From Octopus bimaculoides (Eukaryota), in NCBI RefSeq assembly GCF_001194135.2, contig NC_068984.1, positions 11,862,266-11,926,265 on the forward strand: 64,000 nt of DNA, in the 5' to 3' direction. Made by a program: the position numbers and the translations under genes. Below are positions 23,540 through 36,903 of the stretch, piece by piece (the first letter of the stretch is position 1; every line of letters starts with the position of its first letter). The notes under the pieces were generated by a model, which was given only the letters and a program-made list of their open reading frames with translations, was not told the DNA's origin and searched no databases.

Positions 23540-23920
23540 AAAATAGGGGATAGAAAAATTTTGAGGGGACTGTTACTTCTGTCAGCAGTAAAGGGTTTCT
23601 CTTTCGTTAGAAAATTAAATGATTCTCTTTCTGTGTGAGTTAGACATAAGAAGTGTGAGGCTGTTGTCTGTAAAACGCTGATAGTAGTGAATATAAAGGA
23701 TGAAATCAAGTGTGGTGTACAAGATGTTGGTGTTTGAGAAAGGCAAGGAAGTTGACATGGCGTCAAAGTCATTGGATTGCATTTGTAGGAAAGACAGTTT
23801 CACTTATTGAAATATGCAGTATGAACGAATGATGAATGCTCAGTTAAAAACTATGTTGTAAGTCCACAATGGAAACAACACAGTCAAACAGAGACATTGA
23901 AAAGCCTGGAGAAGTGGATG
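23540..23920 (+). mobile_element. degraded RTE LINE ORF fragment
   Basis: ggactgttacttctgtcagcagtaaagggtttctc resembles the ELLPxLxTKGFS segment also seen at 43300. Confidence 0.5.
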
Positions 23921-26603
23921 GATCAAACTTGTTTGGGTTTCACAGGTGAAGCAACGCTGCCAGCTTTGAAAAAATCAAAACAACAAAATAAACATGATGA
24001 TCATGAAATATAAAGCAAAATTATTTTTATATTTACTGGCACTGCTCCAGCATGGCCACAGCCTTCGGGCTGAAATGCATAAAAGAATAAGTGTTGCTTA
24101 TATATAATTGTCAAACTTAATATTGTAATATATAGAAACTATTTATCTTTTTTTTTTTCTCCATTTTACAACCTCAACCTTAAATCAATCCTCTTAATGT
24201 TATCATCGTAGCATTTGTTGTTATCATTATATTTAGTTTATTCATTATGAATATGGTGAGGAAATTAAATCATCTTTTTCTAACTGATGTCCACATTTTT
24301 GTGTCCTATGAGTATATTTTGTGTTATCTGAAGCAAAAGTTTTAAAATTCCACTGAGTGATATTTATTAAAAAAAATTACTTTTTTTTTGTCATTGGACT
24401 TGAAAAGTTAATCTTACAGTTGCAAGTACAATGTGTTACTATAGCAATGAATCAAACTAATAATCTTATGGGTTTAACATAAATATTTTAACTTTTTCAC
24501 AAAACAAAAATCATCTCAGTGGGTATTCTCTTATTTTTTATGACTATTTTTGTAAAAATGTTCAATGTTGTTATTATCTTTGATATTGTTTCCTTATAAA
24601 ATAACTGCTGATGTTTTTACAAGAACTTTTCCTGCCACTATATGGAGTGAGAATGCATTTTAAAGTTGTAATATTTTCCTCAACACTGGGTAATTAATAA
24701 ATGTTTTAATGCAATATACAAAATTATTGGAATTATGCCTGTTTATAGTGCATTACCCTGGTGCTTTTGTGTGTGTGTATGTATATATATATATATATAT
24801 AAATATATATATATAATTTACTATCTGATTTGCTTGTACTGTTATTATTTGGATGTATTTATCATTTTTCTAAATAAATAACAAACAAAATGTGTTGTTG
24901 CTGGTTTCTTATCCGAATTCATTTTTTTCTCATTTGTTTTCTCAGATGACAGTTTTTAACCATGAGAGAAATAATCATCTCTTTATTATTTATTGTGAAA
25001 TAACAAGTACAAAAAGTTCTGGTGAGAAAGACATCAGTCCAATGTTTCAAACAGGATCCTTTCTTCTCGTTGCAAACTAATTCATCCCATATTTTGGACC
25101 ATTTGTACTTATTAATGTCCCAAAAAAGACCATCATTAGTTGTTTTTTCAATACATATGTCACAAGAAACTATCTTAAAATTTATGATTTTATTAAATAT
25201 GAGTAATTACAGTGTTAGATTATTAGTCCACAGGTTTTTAGGTTCAAACTCTGTCTCTGCTTAACTGTTTGTTTTCTATATTGAGATCAAATTTCAAAAA
25301 TAAAACTTCACACAACTGAAAATGTTTTAGTACCACAAATTCAGGAGCACAAGTGAAGAAAACAAAAATATTCACTTCACCAATCAGGTATCTTATACTC
25401 CTCAGTGCAACTTTTGTAAGATATCTATTGTAAGAGCAAAAACTACCTTCATGAATCACATAGGTTATAAGCCCTTCTACTTCCTAAACTGGAGCCAGAT
25501 TTTCAGAATTCTATCTACCATTTCTTAACCAAGGTGAGTCCATAAGCACAACTCCTGTGAAAAAAAAGTTTTCACAACTGCAGTCTGTTTTCCATCAACT
25601 TTCACAATACACACATTTAACAGCTTATATGGTATACACCAATATTTAGATTGAATGTCTGACCTAATAAAGCCTATACTTTCCTAAACTTAATTAGCTA
25701 ACATTTACCTTTTAAGCATAAGGTTCATAAATTTATATATATAAAAAAAAGAATAGCATTGAGCTATAGTTGTACTGAAACCCATAATAAAATTACATTA
25801 TGTTACAACTGCTTCACTAATAACAATCCTTTAAATGGTAAATGTCTCAGTGTGATATTCTGTCTTAACCAATAGTGGTATAAAAAGTTGCATAGGCATT
25901 ACAGAGAATAAGTTCAAAGTAACGTATAACCAGCATGCCTTCTCATTGTGGCATGAAGAAAGAGCAACACAACACTTTCCAAGTATATTTGGAATTTGAA
26001 GTACAAATCACAAATGGTATTCATAAACTACTGCCTGGTCAATTACAGAATCCACAACTATGGTTTCAAATGTCCTTTCTATCCAAGAAACATCCCCACA
26101 CAACCATTATCTCTAAATTCAAAACAAGAATTGACCTGTTCATGTCTGCACCAAAAGGTTGTACACCAAATATTCACATGACCAGATAATGTTACTCACC
26201 CCTGTAAGATCTTATCACATATATTCCTACACCTAACAAAAAATATATTTTAAAATTCTTGTTCACTTCTATTTTTTAATTTTTTCGCCTTCTTGTCTTT
26301 TAGTCTGCCATCTTTTCACACCCACTTTCTTCCTTACAGCTGTATTTTAGTCTGTTACCATTCCATACCCCCACTACTTACTCCTTAATACTGATATAAT
26401 AGAGATGATACGCATGTTTTGCAGATCTAGTCAATTCACTAAAAATGCTCATACACACACATGTATGTTCATATCATACATACATTTACAGAGAAAGAAA
26501 ATTAGAAGTGATGGTAGTAACTATATATACACATATAAGAATTTTATATTTTTAAGTAATGAGATGGAAAACTGCTTGAATCCTTTTACCTTGTTTTTTT
26601 AGT

Positions 26604-26635
<32 letters not shown>

Positions 26636-27421
26636 ACACATACACCAGTATTGTATATATAAGTGTATGTATGTACAATATATATTTATATATAGTATAT
26701 GTATGAACAATATATATATATGTGTGTAGGGTGTGATAGTTGTCATATCCTATTTGGAACATGGATCATTTCTTAAGATGAATTTGCTTTGGTGTCTACC
26801 TCTAGACATGATCTCAGTCCTCTTGTTTTATTTGACAATGTGGCATTTTTCTGTGGTGCACAATCAATTATTTCTCATTTTATTGTTATGGTTATGCTGT
26901 TTTCTCTTAATTCTCATATGTACTTAGAGAAGGTCACTGCATTTTTTTTTCTAATCCAGAATGTGTGTTGTATCTATTTTTGAAAATTCCACTAGTAACA
27001 CCATTTCTTTTTTCTTTTTCTGATTTGTCCATTTTATGACACTGCTCCATTATAGACCATTTGTAGGTAGCTTCATTGTAATGGATATCTTCTTGTGTTC
27101 CTTGGTATGTACAAGGAGACATCCATTTCTGCAAGGGATCAGAAAAACCTCTTTGCAAACAAGACAAAAATCCAATATGCAACAGATGGAGACAGCCACC
27201 AAGAACTCCTCAATAAATGCATTAAAAAAAAAAAAGCCCCCTCCCCCTCATATATACAATACAGCAAACAGAGAAGCAAAAAACTAGCAATGAAAGTGAA
27301 AATAGAAGGCAGAGCTGAATGCCTAAGAAAAAGACAAGCATATAAAGGACCACAAACTCAATATGACCAACCCCAAATGCAGACTAATAACCCCTTATAT
27401 ATATATATACACACACATATT

Positions 27422-27682
27422 NNNNNNNNNNNNNNNNNNNNNNNNNNNNNNNNNNNNNNNNNNNNNNNNNNNNNNNNNNNNNNNNNNNNNNNNNNNNNNN
27501 NNNNNNNNNNNNNNNNNNNNNNNNNNNNNNNNNNNNNNNNNNNNNNNNNNNNNNNNNNNNNNNNNNNNNNNNNNNNNNNNNNNNNNNNNNNNNNNNNNNN
27601 NNNNNNNNNNNNNNNNNNNNNNNNNNNNNNNNNNNNNNNNNNNNNNNNNNNNNNNNNNNNNNNNNNNNNNNNNNNNNNNNNN
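27422..27682. other. assembly gap (N run)
   Basis: Run of N. Confidence 1.
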
Positions 27683-27694
27683 GCTTTTTACTTA

Positions 27695-28019
27695 ACACCA
27701 ACATTGTGGCCGTTGCCAGTACCGCCTGACTGGCTCCCGTAGGATTTTCGAGTGAGATCGTTGCCAGTGCCCCTGGACTGGCTTGTGCGGGTGGCACATA
27801 AAAGACACCATTTCGAGCGTGGCCGTTTTCGTGCAGGTGACACGTAAAAGCACCCACTACACTCTCTGAGTGGTTGGCGTTAGGAAGGGCATCCAGCTGT
27901 AGAAACTCTGCCAAATTAGATTGGAGCCTGGTGTTGCCATCCGGTTTCACCAGTCCTCAGTCAAATCGTCCAACCCATGCTAGCATGGAAAGCGGACGTT
28001 AAACGATGATGATGATGAT
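27695..28019 (+). mobile_element. young RTE-type 3' end element with (GAT)n tail
   Basis: ...gagtggttggcgttaggaagggcatccagctgtagaaac...catgctagcatggaaagcggacgttaaacgatgatg. Confidence 0.85.
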
Positions 28020-28749
28020 ATATATATATATAATTTTAACACACACATACATACAAGATTTTCACCACAAAATAATCCCTGAATCATAGCTGGCCAGGGT
28101 GTTGTGACCGAGCAGTTGATGATTTGAATCCCATCAGTAACTAAAGTACTTATCTTTTATTTATGAACCAAATAAATTACTAAGACAAAAATTTCTTAAC
28201 AGTCCAGTCCACATCCATGAATCAAAAGCCCAATGATAACCAGGGAGGATTCTGTGGTTGAAAACGAGACGAGGGTTCCACAAAGCTGATTTTTTTATAG
28301 TGATCAAATATTTGTGCAGTACATTAGCTTGCTCACTCCATCAAATCGATATTGCACATACAGGTGCACGGTGTGCCATGTCAGATGTTGCAGTGAGCAT
28401 ATAGCAACATGAAATGTCTTGGCATGGTTTGACAGGAATTGACCAGGCACCATGTCTGTTTTAGCATGGTTTCTACAACTGGATGCCCTTCTTAATGCCA
28501 ACCACTTTACAGTGTACTGGGTGTTTTTACATGGCACTGGTACAGGGAGTCCAGGACATTTACCCCTGAGAACAACAGATGATGATTTAAAACGTCTTAA
28601 TATATTAGAGAGGGGGTAGTTGTCCTGATACAGGCGCTTTTCATGTGACACAATTACTGCATCTTTAAATAGCTCTTTTTTAGTGTGATGGTTTACACTC
28701 CTTAATTCAAATATCACGATACATATCTTTGCCTTGTCACTGAGGTATA

Positions 28750-29360
28750 CCGTAAATCCTCGAGTATAATCTGCATTTTTCCCCCAAAATTTAAAGATCA
28801 AAATCCCTAGTGCGTACTATATACAAGGTTAAAAATGAAAAATATTTTCTAAGCAATGTCTAAGTCTCTATTTGCTGTCCGGCAATGTTTATTCAGACAC
28901 ATTTTGTGATGTCAGGCGCAAAAATACCTTAAGCCAAGCCTGAAAGCAATGAAGTCATGAAAGAATTATCCATAACTTGCAGTTAGCAAGGAACAAACGG
29001 AACAGTTATTTGATGCTGAAAGTGACATTGAATTTGAAGGATTTGAATAAATGTTTTTGCTTTTGCAACTGATAGTGATAAATATGTGAAAGGCAATTTA
29101 CTTAATATTTATTTTTCACTGACGTTATTACTGTTATTTCTTTATTTTCAGCAAAGTGCACAAAAAAGCTACACGTTTGCATTAATAAAGGACGTTACCA
29201 TATATATGTTTACAAACCAAGGACGTTATATAGACCACTTTGACTCAAGTTAAAGAAGGGGTGCGTATTATACACAAGGTTTAAGTCTTTCAGAGGTACA
29301 ACCCCCTAAAAATCCCCTGCGTATTATACTCAAGGGCAGACTATACTCGAGGATTTATGG
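28750..29360 (+). mobile_element. pogo/Tigger-type MITE, copy 2 (611 bp), retaining transposase C-terminus
   Basis: Same TIRs and TA flanks as 1627-2091; extra internal segment reads EQTEQLFDAESDIEFEGFE*, like the acidic tail of pogo transposases. Confidence 0.85.
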
Positions 29361-30094
29361 TATATTTTGAATATTTTAGTACTTTTAACCTCCATGCTGG
29401 TTCCTAAAGAGAAACAACATAATGCTGTAGCTTTCGTAGTTCGTCACATGATATTGGAATTCAATGCTCATCATCATCACTGCTTTAACCCCTACTTTTC
29501 CAAGCTTGCATGGTTCACATGGAATTTGTTGAGGCATTCCATGGAAAACTGAAAATGAATAACACTGCTTTTATGACATTCATTTACAACAATTGTATAG
29601 CATTACAAGTAAACTGCACACACACACACACACACATATATACATACATTTTCAACAGGTTTGTTTCACATTCCATTTTGTTTTCATCTCTTAAATCCAC
29701 CTACAAGGCTTTGCATGGCCCAGGGCTAAAGTAGAAAATACCGAAGGTGCCATGCAGTGGGATTGAACCAGAAAATAAATTGGTTGGAAAGCAACTTCTT
29801 AACTACAAGGCCATGCCAACATTTGCTATTTTTTCTAAAACCGCTTTAACATTATACCAGCTGGATATCAAAGTATTAACTGCAAAAATGCAAACTCAAG
29901 AAATTAATCAATATACTGAAATAAGTTATGTAGCCACAAGTTTTTCATTGAAAACTACTTTATATTGTGATTTGATTGTACCTTTCTTTCATTGTAATTA
30001 GCATTTTTCTGCTTTCTTTGACCTACAGACTGAAGTTATGTAAATATTTGGATTGCTTGGCATTAAATGTACAAGACTGCAGACACGCACAAAT

Positions 30095-30535
<441 letters not shown>

Positions 30536-30559
30536 GATAAAACTTAGCCATGGAGAGAC

Positions 30560-30800
30560 TCGTTAAGAATATCATTGTGAGAGCATATCAAAAACGAGAT
30601 AATTAGAAAGCAGAGCAAAGTAAACTATGTGACACAGATAACAGCTGGACCTGTGCAGTTGCCAAGTGGTATGCAAAAGAATGGAAAGGCCTCCACAATG
30701 ATGAGAAGAATGATAGAGCTAAACAATTTGGGCCAAGATGGAAAAAGAGTTGGAACTGCATTGTGACCAGAGATGTATAACAATATTCATTAGACTGGTT
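30560..30800 (+). mobile_element. degraded RTE-clade LINE C-terminal fragment
   Basis: NSWTCAVAKWYAKEWKG resembles the DNRWT..V.EW.P...KR motif. Confidence 0.45.
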
Positions 30801-31258
30801 GATGCAGATAGTATGTAAAGAAAATACATCTATGAACTTTGTTTTAGATGCCCATTTTCATAAAGTGCAATGATGCAGGTATAGGCCTCTTTCTCTAGCT
30901 GGGTTATTAAATGGAAAAATAGTAAAACAGTTGGACACTGGATCGTACTCAAAATTTTCGCTGCTATCTGGAGAAAAAGGAACCACTCTTACACCTTCTC
31001 AGACAACAACATATACAGATAAACCTGGGTTAGCTATAAGAAATGGCTTTGGTACTTCTTTCTGAAACATGCTAAGGGCTGTGAATATATTATGCCACAA
31101 ACTTAGAGTAATATATATACATATATATAAAATTAGTAATGGAAGCAGTATTAAAAACTGAAAGGTAATCTTTATATCTAACTTAACATGGATATGTTGT
31201 TAGAAACCCAAATATTGCATTACTAGCCTTGTGAGAGCCTCTGTCATGGGCGACAGAA

Positions 31259-31304
31259 TTCCCATATCTTGTAATTTCAGTCTACTGGACCTCTTCAGTA
31301 GGAA
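31259..31304 (-). ncRNA. type I hammerhead ribozyme motif (Penelope/retrozyme-like)
   Basis: 5'-TTCCTA CTGAAGA GGTC-CAGTA-GACT GAAA TT-ACAA-G AT A^TGGGAA-3': core, 4-bp stem II, 3-bp stem III, AUA triplet and 6-bp stem I all pair by eye. Confidence 0.7.
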
Positions 31305-31334
31305 GTGCTGGTTGAATTGAGATTTGACTGGCAC

Positions 31335-31378
31335 TTCCAACTGATGAGGTCCAGTAGACTGAAATCACAATATGAGAA
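31335..31378 (+). ncRNA. second, more decayed hammerhead motif (inverted copy)
   Basis: TTCCAA CTGATGA GGTC-CAGTA-GACT GAAA TCACAATA TGAGAA: core and stem II intact; two mismatches in stem I; stem III only 2 bp. Confidence 0.55.
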
Positions 31379-33407
31379 TTCCAACATTCATGACCAGATG
31401 CCTATAAGAGAGGCCCTCTCAAGGCGATTAACACAGTATTCCGTGTTCTAACAAGGTGTCCATGTTTACTTGGATATAAAGATATGTGGTGTAAGTTTTC
31501 TGAATGGAACAAGACAGGCAGAACTATACAAAATTTCATAGATGTCAACATTACTAGAGGAATGAGAAGAGCAGTGAGCTCGTTTTCAAAAAATTATTTT
31601 ACAACAATCTGATTCAAAATTATCATATTCTTCTAATTCCCACAATGCAATGTTGTCTTCGAGTAATGAGTTAAACAAATGTATGCTTTTATTACAACCA
31701 GTTAATTTCACATTGCACTTATCACGTCTGTAGATGAGGATGTTTTACAGACAGTAGTGTTTACGGAATGCTTTGGATATCAAATCTGAAATGAAATGAA
31801 AGCAACAAATACATGGAAACATTTTAAACATATTTATTTGATATATTTTTCTGTTTTGTAACTCTATACACATCATGGCTTATATTTATTTCCAAAATCT
31901 TTTTCACACTATCACATAACTTAGCCCACCTCACACATTCATTTATTCAATGCACATATGCTCATGGACACACACACACACACACACATACCACTTTCAT
32001 TTTTACTAAACCAGGTCAGCATGATCCAACTGGACTAAACATTAAATACTTCCAGATTATATTTAAAAAAAAAAAAAAAATTCTCATTATTTTGTCAATT
32101 GAAAAATAAAAGAAAACCATATTGTAAAGACGTTTTTTTTTTCTTCTCCAGAATAACACGAGAAAAATTTGCTGTAATTTCAAAGTTGTGTCTTCTCATT
32201 AAAATTTTTTTTTTAAATCTATATAGAAATGTGTCTGTGTTGATTTGGATTAACTGGTTGTGAAATTTGAGGGGAAAAATAAATAAATAAAAGAAGTAAT
32301 TGTATTACCGAAGAAATACAATGAAAAAAAAAAAATTGTTATGTTTACATGTCACAAGTTTTAACCTTGTTTCACTTCCAAGCAGTTTCACTTCTGTCAC
32401 CCAACATAAAAAATGGCAAGTTAAGAAACTCAGCTGTTCATTTTTTTTTAGAAAGAAATTAAATACTCTCAACATTTGGAGAAGTAGGAGATCTACCAAC
32501 TTGTTCCAAAAACGGTAAACACTAAACTGATCTCTTAGCTAATTTGATGCAAAGTAAATACATCTTCCTGGAGGAAACTAAGAAGTTTAATAAATTTGGC
32601 ATTTTCATGTCTTCTTTCACATCAGTTGAAGAATAGAAGTTAAGACATTCTTGATTAAATGGAAATGTTTGTGGCATAGGTATAAAACTGGCATAAGTTG
32701 AACTATGAATATGAAGAGGGAGAAAGTAAAAAAAAAAACAAATTTAAAAAAAATCATCTATTAAAAATGAAGTCACGAATGCATGCAATGAACAAAATTT
32801 GAGACATTGAAGAGTTATCTAACTTGAAATAAAAGAATTAAAGAACAAATGAAAATTGAGAACTGTATATAAGAGACTGGAATGATGGGAGATCACAAAT
32901 TGAGATGCAAGAAGTTGCTAATAAAGCAGTTTATTTATATATACAAAAGATATTCAACAAAAACATTAACATCAGTAGAAAAAGTTGATTGGATCTCATT
33001 TATTGTTTTCTTATCAATCTTGTCAAATGTTACTCAGCTCATTCTTATTTATTTCCTCACATGTGTCCTACTCCACCTGCACGATCTACATACAGTCAAA
33101 ACTATTTGACAAGGTTTCTCATTCATGAGTTTGAAGTCCATATATTAACACAACCCATCATTGGTAACATATACACCTGGAGTTGTCACCCATTATACCT
33201 GGGATTTTATTTTGTTTAAAGCAGTGTATTTCTGGAGAGAAGCTCAATGAAATAATGTAGAATTTTGCAAATTAAATAAGAATGAAGATAATGATGATGA
33301 TAATAATGACGATGATAATGGGAAGGGAGTGATGGTGGTGGTGGTACTGGCGATAGTAGTAGTAGTAGTAATAATAATAATAACAATAATAATAATAATA
33401 ATAATAA

Positions 33408-34110
33408 TCTTTCTACTATAGGCACAAGGCCTGAAATTTTGTGGGGAGGGGAGGGGCTAGTTGATTACATTGACCTTCCCCGATCCCGTGCTCAATGGAT
33501 ACCTATTTTATCAACCCCAAAAGGATGAAAGGTAAAAATTAACCACGATGTGAAGCCGGAAGAAACGTATCAGCATGAAGCCACAAGTTTGTAAGGAGAG
33601 GGACATAATCAATTGAACTGACCCAGTATACAACTGGTACTTATTTTATCAACCTCAAAGTGATGAAAAGCAAAGTCAACCCTGGTGAGATTTGAACTCA
33701 GAACCTAAAAGGAACAAGACCAAATACTGTAATCATGTTCTACAATTTCTTCCAACTTCAATGCAATATTTAGTGTTACTAATTTAGGCACAAAGCCCAA
33801 CAATTTTGAGGGGAGGGGTTTAGTCATTTAAACTGAACCCAGTGCTTGACCGGTACTGTGTTTTATTGACCTCAGTGGGATTCAAACTCAGAATGTAAAG
33901 CATTTCCCTCCCAATAGCTAACAGTCCTGCCAATCTACTACCCTAACAATATTTAACAAAGGCACAAGGCCTCAGATTTGGTGGGGAAGGGAATAACTGA
34001 ATTTTTCTGACCCTGGAAGGATGGAAGGCAAAGTCAACCAATAGTAGAATTTGATATAAGAAGTAAAGCTAAATACCACAAGGTATTTTGTTTGATCCTC
34101 TATCGAATCT
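33408..34110 (-). mobile_element. cluster of about four degenerate SINE family B copies in the same orientation
   Basis: ggcacaa(g/a)gcc starts at about 33421, 33786 and 33961; repeated aaaggatgaaagg/caaagtcaacc; (AAT)n/(AGT)n tail at 33350-33408. Confidence 0.75.
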
Positions 34111-36287
34111 GTAAGTAAGTTTCTTAATTAGGCAGGAAGAATAAAGTGCCTTAAATATGGACACAACACAGAATCTATTAAGTTAAAGTGAGTTCAGAAA
34201 AATCTATCAAAGATCTATTAAGATCAACTGATGAAATACAGTCTCCCCTTAATTTCTGATAATAATTAATGTTTCTATTAAATTAACAAAAACCACTATC
34301 CACCAGATTGTTCATGTTATTTCTGTTCAAGTTTATAAAGAACTACTCTAAAGTAAGCATTTAAAAAAAAATCACACTGGATTTGTGGGCTTGGTGTCAT
34401 TTTACACATAATATAAAATGATTAAAAAAAAGTTATTAAAATGGTTGTATCAATTCGTCTTTGTCAGAAGCTTTTTGTTCAATATCACACTGAATCACTG
34501 GTTCAGCTGTTCAGTATAAACAATATGTAAAATATTTTCTGTTGTTAACAGAGACAGGAATGATATTCTGGCAAATGACAATGATCAAAGTGGATCTATC
34601 CATAGGAGAAATCCTTATCACTAACAGCTATTTTCCCCTCACACAAGAAGGGAAACTTTTAGGATGGTTCCAACCTCAAAGTTCACAATGAATGGCAAGG
34701 ACAATTAGAGGTGAACACTGGCCTTTTACCCCCCATCTTTTTTTTTTTCTTCTTGTTTCATTTCCTCTCCATAAAAAAAAAATCTGTGAAAAATTCTTTC
34801 ATTTATAGAAATCAATCGTTTTGTCTAACTAAAAATTATAAATTACAATAAAAAAACCAACAATTTGATTGTATTTGGGTACAAAGCAAAAAATTTTTTA
34901 AATAGTTAAAACTTTCTACATAACTTTGGCTGGGGGGAAAAAAAAGGTGCTGGGGTTAATTACTTGCATAAAAAAGAAACAGACTAAAAACTGTTAAGCT
35001 ATTTAACCATTTTGTTAACCTGGTCAATGATAATTTTGGCCTTTAGTTTGATATTACAGAATAAACAAGTCAATATTACCATAAATTATACCAGGGCAGA
35101 ATCTGGAAAGTGACACTGACAATGACTATAAAGATGCATCTATTATATAAAAGCAACCAGTATATTTTCTCTACACATAAGCAAACCTAGTCATCACTAA
35201 ACCCTCCAGGCATACAAATACAGGCCGGACAGTAAGTTGAATGTATGATACAACACCAATCCCAGGCTATGAAAGAAAGTGTAGTGAAACCAGACTAGAT
35301 TATAGAATGTATATGATATCCTGGATCAGAAGACTATCAATAAATTACAATCGATATCCCTGATCGAGAAGCTTGCTTGAATGGAACTGACTGGAGTTAT
35401 TCAACAACACCTACAGCCATAAACAAACATATGCATAATCCCTGACAGAAAACTAATCATTAAATCGGAGTGAATTTCTAATGATACAGAAGACTGTTTA
35501 GTTGTAGGTGCATAGTGTCACATGGGGGATGGGGGTATTTTCTAGTCAATACATTTTTGAATAGTGGAGCGTAAGTGACAGAAGACAACCGAAACTCTTC
35601 AGGTTTTTATTTCTGTCTTTGATTACAAACTGCACCAACATTCAATGACAGTTCAAGCAAGTTAAAATAGAACAGGGTTACAATATGGAAGCACATTTTA
35701 GCCCTGGACTTGATGGGAAGCAAATTTTCAAAATACTGATTCCTCTATTTTGGAAATTAGTCTGTCTTTTACGTGAGCATGACTGACATAATTCATATGC
35801 AATGTTCTGGGATTATGAGCCGTGACCCAAATCTATTTCAAATGTTTTATATAAATGAATTCTTAACTGTCCATTACTTCAAAAATAAAGACCAATTTTA
35901 AACAAGTAAAATAAAGAAAAATCAAAATATATATTGAAGGGGAGGAGGAAAATGTTTTAATTTAAAAACAATTTTGCACTTAGTGCAAATATGTAATTTC
36001 CTTAGCAGTCTAAGGGCTTTTATCAAAGATTTTTCTATGAATATAGATGTTCATTCCCAAATGTACATTTTTTAATAAAGAATTTTAACTCTACTGAGTG
36101 TGTATAAAAAAAAAAGATATTTAATTCCTGTGGAGAAGATCAAAGGAATTATAAAAGAAATTACGGTGGGAAGGGGGAGGCAAGACTGTTTAAATAAAAT
36201 AACATAAAAACCACATTATTTACACACACATACATGTACAGTCACATTAACTTTCACAATTGTATACGCAATTTGGAAGGTGGTTGG

Positions 36288-36325
<38 letters not shown>

Positions 36326-36903
36326 AGAGAGAGATACAACCACTGTACCTTTCTATCAATTATTTATCTCTAAATCACATTAACTCTAAAATTCAGAATT
36401 TAAAAATTTATTTTTGGTGGGGAGCAGTGATGAGCATGTGATATGAATGAGATGTGGAAAATACTAGCCTCAGGATTTATGCACATGAGAATGAAACATG
36501 AGTGTCAGACCAGGTAAGATTAGATGTCTTCTCCAGTATTAATGTTTCTATTTACAACAATCAATATTTGTGAATTTTTTTTTTTTTTTTTGGTTTCTCT
36601 TTATACATATACTTTTTATTTTGTTTTTCATAAAGAACATTTCTTCTTCAGCTCTCTAAAAATTACATCGCTGGAGACATTCCTGTTTAGTGACTGCTCC
36701 AAAATGGAAACATGCATGCATACTTACACACACAATAGCTGACATCCAGTACCAAATTGGACCAGATAAGCTGTATTTCCTTATAAACACCAGTAGGAAA
36801 GTAGACAAACTACTAAAACAGAGTTCTGTAAATTTCCTACATTTTTTTTTCCATATGTTAGCAATTTTGTAACATTCACCCCCACCCAAAACAATTTTGT
36901 TTT

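Larger units (their letters stand above)
31168..31483. repeat. long inverted repeat (arms 31168-31308 and 31331-31483)
   Basis: Inner ~50 bp nearly perfect; outer arms about three-quarters identical by eye; 22-nt spacer. Confidence 0.9.

Noticed and set aside
27036-27287. ORF with PFVGSFIVMDIFLCSLVCTRR resembling the gene A TM region
   Set aside because: Similarity is limited to IFLC, the hydrophobic run is short and contains Asp, and T-rich DNA gives such peptides by chance.
27700-27790. Repeated gttgccagt..c...gactggc modules resembling a repeat-spacer array
   Set aside because: Internal subrepeats of the retroelement, also present at 30150-30250; the context is eukaryotic with no cas genes.
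27095-27950. ORFs of 110-215 aa
   Set aside because: They span the second N gap and repeat sequence.
28304-28801. 165-aa minus ORF
   Set aside because: Crosses a pogo MITE end and an RTE-tail copy; mosaic of repeats.
33216-33425. Poly-Leu signal-peptide-like ORF
   Set aside because: It is the (AAT)n/(AGT)n microsatellite tail of a SINE.
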